From: Phoronis australis
Lineage: Eukaryota > Animalia > Phoronida
Assembly: GCA_002633005.1 (NCBI GenBank)
Contig: NMRA01000033.1
Span: 76,436-140,435 of the forward strand
DNA: 64,000 nt
Direction: 5' to 3'
Shown here: piece by piece, positions 12,401 to 23,845 of the stretch
How positions within the stretch are numbered: position 1 is the stretch's first letter
Layout of the letters: every line of letters starts with the position of its first letter
Notes under the pieces: model-generated
What the model saw: the letters and a program-made list of their open reading frames with translations, nothing else
What the model was told of the DNA's origin: nothing
Database searches by the model: none
Program-made: the position numbers and the translations under genes

Positions 12401-15400
12401 GCTTTCGTGAAACTGTCATACAACTCGTCACTTTCCTCTTCCACCTCACAAACATCGGTGAGCAAGATATCAATCAGTGAGTTTGGTAAGATAGGACCAC
12501 ACTGCAACACAGATCCTAACACTCCTTCGTCAGTCCACATCCACCCTTGTCCTTCATCATAAGGTTTTGATTGTTGAATAACGAGTTCACAAACGCGCTC
12601 GTACAAAGTGGCACGGTAATTTATTCATTGAAAGTGAGGTTTCCGTACAGCCAGGCACGGGGGAAGTCGAGCAATGTCAACCTTGGACTTGTAAGAGAGA
12701 ATTTCATCTTCACCAACCATATTGCGCAACATCTTGGTACGAGTAGCATCTATCGATTACTCGCAACTCGTAAATGAGGCAGGGGAACTCCTTCTCTTTC
12801 AGAAGTTACAGCCCAACCAACGCCAAGTTGCTTGAAAGCTCGGCGAAACTTTGGATTACTTTCCAGCTTTTTTACGGGGGCTAACCTTTTCTTTACCTTT
12901 AAAAGCACTGGTGCAGTATATGTATATAAAACCCAAGTACAGTTTAACAGTAATCTTTTTCCAAGGATTTTGGCCACGTCGGAGAGATTCAATAGTCGCC
13001 GATGTTTTCCAAACTCTGTTTCTAGATGTACCAGTCAACTTTATGGCGTAAGCATGATGCACCAAAATTACGAAAAAGAAATCAGTGTCAGGGGATCTGA
13101 CGGCTGCGTTTCTGAACCCAAGTGAGACAACGTACTGGGAGTACAAAACAATTCTTGTTTCCTTCTCTTCTTGGTTGCTGTAGATATGTGGGTGCTCCTG
13201 AGTATAAACCTGAAACATCAGATTAGTTTACCGTATAACATCGCAAATTATTTTAAAGTAAGAAATATTCAGAAAATTGTGTCCAGAAAAAAGATTGTGG
13301 ACTTTCCTAGCCATCGGATTATCAAGTTCATGGGCTTTTCCGTCTACAATCAAGATGGTCATCTCGCTCTTCTCCCACCGAGAAACTGGCTTTTCACCAC
13401 TGCAGACTCGCAGTAACAATAGACATAATTGCATGCACGCACCCTGCCTTCAACATGGGGAGGCTCGAATTCCTACCGATGTGGACCTTTTACTAACAAA
13501 ATAGTCGGTCGACTAAAAAAACAGTTCCACGTCGGAGCTGTACGTGCTGTGAATTGCGCGTTTGCGTCTTTTTAGTGGACTTTTATCTGTTTTCTCGGAC
13601 TTTTTGTTTCTCTGAGGCGGACCGTTTTTGCCCACTTTGACCCCGAGCCCCTCCTCCCGGGTGCGCGCATGAATTGATTTTTGTTGTCATCGTTTGCAAG
13701 AAAGATTTTGAAGTCGTACGATTTTCGTGTATCTGGCCCACCTAAGATTATCTTCTCTGAACTGCCACGTTGCAACCGCTCCTGGGCTTTGATAGATTCA
13801 GAGAGATAGTTGTCAGTCGAGAACAAGAAGTGCTTCTTAGACGCCATCTTGTCAAGTACTTATAAATAGATCTCACCACATGTTGGAGGGAGATTAGCTT
13901 ACGTGTGGAGAAGTGCCATGTCATCTGAATAGAGTATCCTCAGGATCATGAAAGTCTTCAGGCGCAATGTCTTCCAGAAGATAATGCAAAAGGGAGGCTT
14001 TGTTGGTCTTGGAAAAAAGCCATCTGTTGTTCCAAGACGGTGCTTCTACTTGGAGACTTCGTTGTAGGATGCAACCTGTTAACGACTAGCAAAGTTTTAT
14101 CTTTGGAGGCTTCAAAACCAGGCTTGACCTCTTGAATCCTGATTCCTCAAGCACTGTTGACGATGTTACTGCTTCGAAACAACTGTCTGATGATAAAACA
14201 AAGAAGAACATGCTTTGACGGTAACTTCCACTTTACGTCTGTGGCATCTTGTCCAATAGAGGAAACCGGTCTTTCGAATTTTTCACTTGTGTTGAAACCT
14301 TCAACCTCAGTCAGATGAGTTATGGAGGCAAAAGTTTTACCGTATTAAGTTCCATGTAATCGGCCGTTAATGGCCACGGTAGTTCTGCAGACGGTTTGCA
14401 TGCCCTCAGAATGTCATCTCGAAGAGTGGGCGCAGTTTTCAGACATTTATGTGTACTTCCTAAACAGTATGCTTGTGCCAAAGCAGATAAAACGGTTATA
14501 CTTCATCTATGAAACAGCCAAAATGATAGTGTCACCTCTGCCAATTTTTGTGAAGTTCACACGGTTTTGAAACGATTCAATAGTTTCTCAAAACGGTACC
14601 TAAGATTCCCATACCGTTCCGTTTTAGTTCCCCAACGTAAAGCAAGCGGAAGGAAGATACCTTGATGATATTACTTTGTTGGACGAAATGAGTTTTAAGC
14701 TGCGGTAGTTTTTTGCATCCCTGTTCCTCTTACATTGCGTAAGGCTGTAAAATTGCCATTTTCATTTACAGAGTTTAAATGAAAAATGCAAATGGGTAGA
14801 GACTGATCTTTGTCTTCAGTAGATAAGTTTCGACCTCGTTTTCTTTTAGACATGATTTTTACATCTCCCTGGATAGCTGCCTAAATTTCGAATGCAGTCC
14901 AATTTCCTTGTCCTCCACATTCGATTCGCTCTGATTGACATACGTGTCAGCAACCGATATGTATATCTTGATGTAAGTTTGTATTCAAGACAATTTTTGC
15001 GTCAGAAGCTGATTTACAGCTTTGATTTCTCATCATGTGACTGTCTTAGAAACAATGTTTCTCTTAATAAAAGATGAGAAACATCATTTCATTTATTGAA
15101 CCTAAAATTTATTTTTGGTTGGACTGCAAACGAATGCTACCCTTGACCTTTTTCTAGGACAGATAGGCAACTTTTGTGCTTAGATGTCCGAGGAATTGTA
15201 CCAACGTATTACAACCTTTTCAAGGACAGCCTCCTTACTGTTAACTGCGAAGTGTTACACCACGGTGAAGCTTTAATGTGCGATGAAGATCTCCCATCCC
15301 TTGAGAACACGATTGTTTATGTGTGGCTGCACCCGATACACCCTGGTCTACAATTATTGATCAAACAGAAATAGGGTGCTGAGCTGAGAAACCGTACATT

Positions 15401-18400
15401 GGCACCCATCAAACTCGAAAGTTCTCAAGCTATGACTTCTCTTCTACATGAATTGTGCTTCACTGAGGACTCTAGAGCGATGCGTGCTGTCACCACTCGT
15501 CCGCGTGTATACAATTCCATTATTCGTTATGATGAAAATGACACATTTTAGTTAAAGATTCTGGAGTCCCTAGTAATCAGTCACGAAAAACCTGCGCTAA
15601 ATGAGCAGCTCACATGTGTGTATAGCGCGCTGGCTTTGTTCTATTAGGCTTGTGGACTTCCTATCGTGTGATACATTCACACTCTCTGCCCTCCTGTATG
15701 CGCTTCTACCTGCTTTCCCTATTTGTTCATTTCACTCATTGCCTGATGATGAGACATGTGGTCTCGAAATGTAACTAGTATTTTAACTTGTTTGTCCGTT
15801 ATGTATCTTGTTTTTTTTCTTCGTAGCTTCTTGACACCTGAAAATAGGAGCTTGTTTAGAGACTACGAGCGAGTATATATTAAGGTAACAAAAAGTACAG
15901 CCGTGACTTCAACCAAGTTTGCTGTCCTGTTTATTTGACCAGGAACTTAGACCCCGACGGTTATAAAAGACCCGGTGCTTTACAATATTCTCCGAACCGA
16001 TGCTCCAGAGAGCCGACATTCTCCTGTTCCGATGTTTCCTCAGCTCGTGGTCCCTAGGTCCCGGCCCGCTTTGTTTCATGCCCGTAACCAGCTATTGCAA
16101 CAAAACGAGTAGACACGAAATTGTGTTAAGCGATTTGTTTATTCTTCTCTTTCTTCACCCCTCCGAAGCCAATTTTTCATTCCCTGGGTTGTCAGTGAGC
16201 CACGTCGTAGATTTTTTTACTACATTGCAAAAAATAATAAAATTGAAGCAGTCCAATTAGAAACACAATTATTCCACGTGGCTAAATAGGGTAGGTGGTA
16301 ACGATATCCATACAATCACGCTAGGTGGGGTTTGACACACAAAAATATAGCATAACATTTCTTTTTATTGCAATCTTTCAACTTCTTTGTACCGCTAACA
16401 TTCTGGTTAACGACCATGCTCACGCATGCACCTATCCCTACCTTTAAAATTGTTCGGCATAAGCTCCAACTGCTCTACTTCGCGCCCCCTCCCGCCTTAA
16501 CTTTTGATAAGTTTCAAATAAGCGCCCACAGCTCAGGCTATTACCCACCTGTCCTTTACTTGACTGGTTTCTTTTCAAGTTCGAGTCGCGGTGTGGTACG
16601 TTTGCGCTCGTAGCCGAGGACATCGTTTTTTGGATGACCTATTTTTAAAAATATATTGCGCATATTCCACTCTAACGGAGCAAACTCGAATCACCCGATA
16701 ATGGAAACCCGCACGGAGTCGGAATTATTTAGAGGCTTTTCATTTCATGGATTGTTTACGTCATCGAATTTGGCAACGTTTTGCGGACCTTTTTCGATAG
16801 GGTGTTCTTCAATTGTTTGCGTTACAAAATAAGGACTGCGAACAATTGAGGTAGTTTGCACTCAGAGTTATCTATCTTTGCACATTTAACGACATTGATG
16901 ACAATCACATAGCAGGTTAGTCCTAGAAAAGTCGCAGGTATTTTTCAACAAGTCCCTTTTCACCCCGTTGCATATTTTGCTACTCGAATGCACGTGTCCG
17001 TTAGAAAGCGCTGATTCAACATCCGTAGAACTGTATAGTAAAGAAACTATTACGGCAATCTCGGGTGGCATGGCTTTGGTTCGCATGGCAACATACGCCT
17101 CCAGTGCATTTCAGTAGCGGTTGAGATAGATTGTAACGTCGCACTCTGGTACATGCATGTTATAACTCAATTTTGCGACTTGAAATTTTGGAGTATTTAA
17201 CGCCGCAGGTAAGAGCATAATCTAAACATTTTGATTACCTAAAACTCAGTTTTGTGCGTAAAAATGGCTGGAATAATTTGCGACTTGGAATTTAAGAATG
17301 CGATCTGGATTTTGAAAATGCGACCAGGGATTTTGGCTAGGCCGCAAAATGCGACCTGGCGATTTTCATAGCGTCGAGCGCTGCTGTGCATCTCCAACCA
17401 AAGACGAGGTCTCCTATATGCCTGAGTGTCAGTCCCTTGGCACATCCTTTGCCGATGACAGCATGCGCAGGCACCGTCTGCTTGTTCTCGTTCTCCGGAA
17501 GACTGTGTCGTCTTATACCCTCATACGTCTTGTTGACAGCGAAAGGCACGAAGACCTCCGAAGCGCTCTGCTCATCATGGGTGCTGAACTAAGTTGCCCA
17601 GTACCCGTGGCTATATCGTTCGTGTCGGTATCCCGCTGCTGGTTTCGTGGCCCTCGTCAACGTAGCTGTCTTAACTTCCCGCGTCAATCGCCTCGAAGTT
17701 GGACGCACCAAGAATGTGAAAAACATTATATTGCTTAATGAGCCATTGAAGAGCTTGAGTTGGAGCTGTTGGGTTTGCCTCCTGGAAGTCACGTGACCTT
17801 GTTTCAGTTGTAACGTTGGCTGAGGCTAGCTATACCGCTCGCGTGACCTCTCGTATCCGCCGAGACGGCCTCTCAGCCATTGAAAGCTGGACTCAACGCG
17901 ACCAGTTGAACGATGCTCCTCTTCCTGTTCATGACAGAAGTGTTATTTTTAACTAGCATATCGTGTCAGGTCTAAGGTCGTGGTCATGCTTGGGTTCCTG
18001 CGCCTTTGCTTCACGTCGGACAACTTGTGTACTTGAAAGCGGACGGCGACAAAACTAAAGCCCGCGAGAAGCACATGGTTTCCTGAATCTCTCGAGACTG
18101 GTGTGAGGCCCGCAATGCACTTTTGCACCCAGTCAAGATTTTGCCGACTCTATACTCTGGATGTTAATTGATGAAGAGGAGCTAGCTCGCCAGTCACAAC
18201 ATTCCATGGTGATCCTTCTCTCTCCATTCATTCGTTGCTATCCGAGGTCGTTACAGCTTCCGATGTTGCTCCAACCATTCGTTTGTTGCCCTCCGAAACC
18301 GTCATACAGCCCGTTGACGTCTTGCCTACTGCGAAGTATCCGCCGCCACTTACAGCCGCTGCTCCTGAGGTTCGCTTCCAGACGTTCGTCTCGAGTCCGC

Positions 18401-20584
18401 AAGCCTCCATCTTGCATGAATGATGACTGGGACACTAGCATTTAGCGTTGGGAGCCCATGTGGTGGACATTTATCGTGCCCATGTTCAGTGGTTCGTTTA
18501 CTGTTAAGTTGTTAGGTTAGTGGTCTTTTCTTTTTGCTTAGGAGAAATATAGAGGAAGAAGTTGCCACGCCAGTTCCCCTTATTGACTTCAGAAGTCGTT
18601 ATGTTCGGTTCTCTCTCTCTTCCGGCATTGTCATGTTTATTGAAAGACGTGTTTGAATAAAACTCTACTGAAAACCTGGTTATCACTTATTGGCGCTAAT
18701 ACCCTCCGTTATTTGCCAGGCATTCGCTGAAATCGAGGCCGGTGACATTAAGGGTAAATACGTTTAAAATACTCTGCTATTTATAAAGTGAGATTTAGCT
18801 CCTTCCATCACAGCGCTGGGCTGTGACTGCAAGTGTTCCAGGATCGTATCGGTGGTGGGGATTCCTCCGTCGTGAGGCTGGTCTAAGAAAATATTTTTCT
18901 CGCTAGTAACGTCCCTTTAAGTTTGTTCCTTTCTGTCTATTAGCAAATGCTCTCCTTGCATGTTTTCAGTAAAAAGATATGAGAAAACTGGGTGACAATT
19001 CGTGAAAATTTCATTTCTCAAGATAATCTTTTCCAATGCTCAGAAAAGACACAAGAAAAATTCAAATATCGTTTTACGTCATTTTCATGAATATTTATGC
19101 GACCAATTAGAATGCATGCCATTCAAACTAGATTGTTATTGCTCTGTACATCACCTGTGGTCGCTGGAGTTTACAGGTGTTGGTGGACCATCCACATAGT
19201 TGGCCAAACAAGTGAACGTAACACAAATAAATAACCTGCATAAGTTAATAATTCTTAAAAGCATAAAGTAATTATTAATGGGACTAATTAATTGTTTACG
19301 ACATAATTAATTATTTCGGCGTAAATTAACGATTTACCCTGTAAATTAATTATTCGTGGCTCAAATTATCCTTTTCAAAATGGCGTAAATTAGTTAATGA
19401 TGGCGTAAAACGGTTATTTACATTCCAAATTATCTTTTAATTGCTTAAATTAATTACATACAGCGTTTACGTGCGTAATTTATGTACCTAATCAATTTAG
19501 TCAGTAAATAATTAATTTACTTCCTTCAAAGTTAATTTAAGACATTAATAATTAATTCACACAGTAAAGAATTAATCTACGCCATTAACAAAAATGACTT
19601 CACCAAATATGTAGTGCGTGTCGCAGAATGTGTTATTTTGTTTTTCCATCATTTAGTTTTAGTCATCGTATTGCTTAACTTTCTGTTGCTGTTTAGAGTA
19701 AGCCTCAAGAAAGAAAGCAAATCAAGAGTAGATGACCAACGTTGGAACAGATCGATTTGAAATCATTAAAACCTAGTTAGAATAACAAACAAACAACGAA
19801 TTCAAGTCACATCACATTTTTAATAAAACATAGACCACCTTAAATAGTCCAGGAATGCGCCTTTGAATAGCTTTCTAGTTGTCTGTTTTGGTTTTGTTCT
19901 GACATTCCTGTAATGGCTGACATGCGAAGCCTGTGGCTGTTTTGTAAACTAAATTACGAAGTTACACGATCTTTGTCTTATATAGCCAAAGATGGGGATC
20001 AAAGTTCATAATCTATGATGTTAAAATTTTTGACCTACTTCGTGGAAGCAACAATGTAGTTGAATAAAAAAGAAACCGGTTTCGCCATGGTGACGTTTGC
20101 CAGTACTTGTTGTAACAGGCAAAGTGGCACAGATGGCACGAAAAGACTCGGCCACGACATAGGTTTGATTACATATTTCACTTGACTTTCCCAATTAACC
20201 GGCTGCTTTGTACCGAGGCATGACCAACCCCTGGCCGAACCAGACTGGGTGTTACCGTACGCCTAATAAAACAATAAGCCCTACATGCACACGAGAGCTC
20301 CTAAACTGACCTACAAGAAATAAAGCGGCGCTAGAACCTAAGCACATGAACTTCTATCAAGCAAATACTTTGTTCACATCTCCACTTCACGAGGTTTACC
20401 TTTCCTTCAAATCGGCTCTCTCCGCAATCTCGCGGGCGGTCTTTGGTCCATCCAAAGCTGCCAGCGCATCAAACAACCCAAGCTTCCAACCCAGTTCAAG
20501 ACCAAAAGCTGCTAGGCCGTTCATCATGATGCCAGTGATTTTCCCATCAAAATCAGACTCAGTCTCCTGTGGTTTCTCTGTCAT
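8942..20584 (-). CDS. SAM-dependent methyltransferase, Rv2258c-like (N-terminal winged helix + class I MTase), 4 exons: 20584-20400, 11536-11331, 11163-11035, 9495-8942; 357 aa
   Basis: All three introns are GT-AG and phase-consistent (185+206+129+554=1074 nt). The spliced product reads LGLFDAL...[11 protein letters not shown]|YVEEWL...CFKKEGPTG|LSY...VCEIGCGHG...[31 protein letters not shown]...YSISLLQC...GLGCQW with no internal stops. Confidence 0.9.
10290..10720 (+). mobile_element. Non-LTR retrotransposon 3' fragment with restriction-like endonuclease (R2/HERO/NeSL group) in methyltransferase intron 3
   Basis: LRPDIVTW...[16 protein letters not shown] matches the RPD...IELTVPWEEN..EA RLE motif. 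Degenerate. Confidence 0.7.
11035..11163 (-). CDS. Methyltransferase exon 3
   Basis: ttttcag|GC...TTGT|gtaagt, encoding [12 protein letters not shown]...SVPDLIAKL. Confidence 0.85.
11331..11536 (-). CDS. Methyltransferase exon 2
   Basis: ttttgaag|GTAC...ACAG|gtaagt, encoding YVEEWLLQM...CFKKEGPT. Confidence 0.85.
12340..14600 (-). mobile_element. Old Academ(X)-type transposase relic (XPG/PIN-like region)
   Basis: Fragments [11 protein letters not shown]...[53 protein letters not shown] and GWMW...GPILP. Frameshifted, interrupted by a MITE, and no paired TIRs seen. Confidence 0.7.
13432..13671 (+). mobile_element. MITE family A, copy 2
   Basis: catgcacgcaccc...gggtgcgcgcatg with a perfect 5-bp TSD aattg (13427-13431, 13672-13676). 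Confidence 0.85.
15130..15500 (+). mobile_element. Gypsy-like LTR retrotransposon gag-region remnant
   Basis: [49 protein letters not shown] resembles a gag-region motif of invertebrate LTR retroelements. Recognised from memory. Confidence 0.55.
15515..15800 (+). mobile_element. Penelope-like element 3' end (GIY-YIG tail plus terminal region)
   Basis: [20 protein letters not shown] is a typical GIY-YIG C-terminus, followed by a hammerhead-like core. Confidence 0.7.
15743..15773 (+). ncRNA. Degenerate minimal hammerhead ribozyme core
   Basis: CTGATGA-T-GAGAC-atgtg-GTCTC-GAAA-tgta: conserved core boxes and a 5-bp stem II. Stem I is not evident. Confidence 0.55.
17380..18450 (+). mobile_element. 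Gypsy-like LTR retrotransposon integrase-region remnant
   Basis: [28 protein letters not shown]...[17 protein letters not shown] and [23 protein letters not shown] purine tract at ~18541-18561 may be a PPT. Confidence 0.65.
20400..20584 (-). CDS. Methyltransferase exon 1 (winged-helix start)
   Basis: ATG at 20584, [15 protein letters not shown]...ADLKE, donor AG|gtaaac. Confidence 0.85.
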
Positions 20585-20769
20585 GATTTTCAAACAGAGT
20601 GTGTGTTCTGTTCTGTTTGATAAGACAGAGATCGTGTGACTCCGGAATTTAGTTTACAAAACAGCCACAGGCTTCGCATACCAGAAGTCAGCCATTACAA
20701 TAATGTCAGAAACGAAAACAGAACAGCTGTTCACCATGTTAGTGAGCTATTCAAAGCCGTATTCCTGGA

Positions 20770-20777
20770 TTATATAA
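20770..20777 (-). promoter_or_regulatory. Candidate TATA box of the methyltransferase gene
   Basis: TATATAA about 190 bp upstream of the ATG. Supported by position only. Confidence 0.3.
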
Positions 20778-20891
20778 GGTCTGTGTTTTATTAAAAATGT
20801 GACGTGACATGAATTTGTTGTTTGTTATTATTCTAACTGAGGTTTTAATTATTTCAAATGGGTCTTTGCCAGTGTTGCATGTAGTTGTACC

Positions 20892-20973
20892 CACAGGCGT
20901 CCTCAGCTTCTGATCGTCCCCAATACACTATATGTAGTGTATTGGGGACGATCAGAAGCTGAGGACGCCTGTG
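20892..20973. repeat. 82-bp near-perfect palindrome with 8-bp TSD
   Basis: cacaggcg...cacta-tatg-tagtg...cgcctgtg flanked by gttgtacc (20884-20891, 20974-20981). Confidence 0.9.
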
Positions 20974-21289
20974 GTTGTACCATAGACTATCTATGGTTGT
21001 ACTGATTTGTTTACTTTCTGTAGAGGCTTAGCCTTAGAGCACAATGACTAATAACTGTGTCCCCTGGAATCTATCCACACATGTTATAAACAGGATGCTA
21101 CAGTGTTCACAGAAACATCCCAGAGCCAAATAACCATTCCCTAATATGTGACGAATTTCTTATGATTTCCCTCAGTTCTTAACATTGCTTTCGTGAGTCA
21201 CTTAGTTCAGTTGCACAACAACATAATTTCTGTCCTGGTGATACCTACATCAAGCAGTCCATTGAAAAAATGGCTATATGTTTCACCCC

Positions 21290-22272
21290 TACATCTGAGG
21301 TTGGATGGTCGTTTCTGCGCAGTCAATTATGCATGTTGTGTTAGGATAATTTTCTTTAAAGTATTGTGGCATAGTCGACTGTATGGTGTCTCGTGGAAGC
21401 CAACACACCAAGTCTTTTAATTTATCTGCTAAAATAGGTAACCAAGAATTGAAAATTCTGCACGTCATAGTTTTCAAAATCCCAAATCTCCGGCAAAGGT
21501 CATCATGTAATAAATTAAATTTGAGTCGCATCAAAACTAAAAAACCTGGTCTTCTATATCAAGTTTGAAACCAAAGTTGTTACTGTCGTGTAAAGAGGCA
21601 CACAGAGTAAAAAACGATTCCTTAGTTATGCCTGTATATAACAAGGAGTCAGTGTCTGTGCGTATCATATGTTTAGCAGTAACAACACCATCATCCAAAT
21701 TGTCGATGTCACACTCTGTTGCTATTTTGCTGGTGCACAATATTGGTGTTTGAGCATATTTCTCTTGACACTGTGTCCATTCTTTGCTGTAATTGTGGTC
21801 CAAGCTTGAATCGGAACATTCCGAATCCATGGTTTCCGAATTATCCGCAGTATCAGGCAGTGTCTCACTGGTCTCAGATGCAACATGTTCGACCCGGCAC
21901 TTGGGTGTTTTTAGATACGTGTGCATCATCATCTTCACCAGTATAGTAGCTGATTTTGTGAGCTTCAAAACTTTCCTGCGACCAGGTTTTACCTTTCTGG
22001 CATTTCCCATGTTTAGCTGAGAAACTGGATTTCTTTCTGTTGGCTCACCATCCACAAAATGAATGGAACAAACAAAGACATTTTTCAGTAATCTGTCTCA
22101 ATTCACTGTTTTGTTTACCTGATGGCATTCTGTGTAACTTGTAGGCTTTTAAACATGGACAGTCTTTGTGCATTTGACCATGGTGTTCATCACAAATTTC
22201 TGTCTCCCAACGTTTCAATTTCACCCAGTTGTTGTGACAGCCTGTTACAGCACAGTTATTACCACTGGGCAT
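21290..22272 (-). pseudogene. Truncated THAP + HTH + DDE_Tnp_4-type transposase (ISL2EU/Harbinger-related)
   Basis: THAP MPSGNNCAVTGCHNN...CLFHFVDGEPT..NP, then YTGIT, DIEDQVF..LMRLK..LLHDDL..RFGI and VCWLPRDTIQSTMPQYFKENYPNTTCIIDCAE (first catalytic D), after which it breaks off. Frameshifted. Confidence 0.8.
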
Positions 22273-23319
22273 TTTAAACAATTTTTAGTGGAGGTGAAAG
22301 TTGAACAGCTCTGTTTGTATACTTGTAAACACTCCTGAAAAGATTCAAACAAGAATTTCAAACCTCCTTGAAATATGGTATATTATCAGTTAGACGGTAA
22401 TGTATTTATTTTTCTATATATCAGTCCAACAATTTTAAATTTATTATTGACATTTATGTAATTGTATACATCTAGTAATTTACAAATATTTCTTCTGTCA
22501 AATGTATTGCATGAAAAAAATCAACACTTACCAGGAATATCAATGATTTCAAATCTGCTGATCTGCTTCCAAATAAACAACACAAGCAAACACAGCAGCT
22601 GGGATGCTTTGCTTTACAGACAGACTTTACTGACTCCAGTGTTTATCTGACATGACATTAATGGCGTGACCTCAATATGGCGCTCCCCAGGCATTCAGCA
22701 ATTTCCGTAATGGAATCTGTCCGGTCTGCTGGACTGTTGTTGGCTAACGAGACACTGAATGAAAAAGAAAATATCGCAAGAGAATAAAACCTAACATGTA
22801 TATATCACCATGTATAATTCAAGCATAATTTAAAAAATATAGTGGTTATATTTAAAACCTAATTAAAATTATGGTTGTTGAGTTGCCAAAATCTCGCCGG
22901 GCGGAAAAGTGGCCGGGCCCGGTTTAGTAGCCACCTTAAAAGCTGGTGTGGTGGCAACCAGGCTCATGCTTCCCAAAGGATTGCAACATTGTAGGCTGTA
23001 AATTGTAAGATAAATTTCACCTCACACACTTAGGTTTAGTTTGGCACAAACTTCTGACAGAAAAATACCCTACAGAATGTTTAACATCAACACTGGGGGA
23101 ATTATGTAACAGCTAAAAGTGAATTATCAAAGCTCTCTGCATTTTTGACCGAAAGGATTAATTTTGGCATGGTGAAATGATTTATTATATGGAGTTTATC
23201 GGGTGAACGTTCAAGTACTGACCAATAAGTTCGCTCAAAACCTAGATAATTGAAGAGCAAAAATCGGTGATTTGACCAACTTATATGTCGCCTCACCATG
23301 GTCACGTTCATTGAATATA

Positions 23320-23478
23320 CCGTAATCGTTCGGGTTAACGCCCATGCTCAGTTAACCGCCCATCCCCGACTTTAAGTGGATTTCCGATTTAACCGCCCAC
23401 TGCTCGGTTAAGCGCCCTCCCCCGATTTTTTGGGTTCGCCAATTTAACCGCCCAGGGCGTTAACCAGAACGATTACGG
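23320..23478. mobile_element. Tc1/mariner-type MITE (TA TSD)
   Basis: TA|ccgtaatcgttcgggttaacgccc...gggcgttaaccagaacgattacgg|TA, with internal ttaaccgccca repeats. Confidence 0.85.
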
Positions 23479-23845
23479 TATATTTTACCCTAGCGTTTAG
23501 GTCGAGCAACCACAACAGCGTAGTTTAACTGAGCACTTTCATCTTAATTATATATTATAAATAGTTATTACAAAAGGGGTTTTAAACATGGAATGTCGGA
23601 CACAAAGATTTCTTTTCCACACAAATTCGCCACTCATCAGGACATACACTGTCTGGTTCATGAACTCTCGTGACCTGTGGCTACAGTCAGCAGCAGCAGA
23701 ATGTAGGTCAAGGTGCTTGGTCAAGATTCTCTGGCAGACAGTCTTATTTGAGCGATAAATTGACACGTGATTGAGGAGAAGCGCCATCTGTTTGTCGTAA
23801 AGGTTTTGGATGAGCGGTACCTTTTGCCCATTCCACATACGTTAA

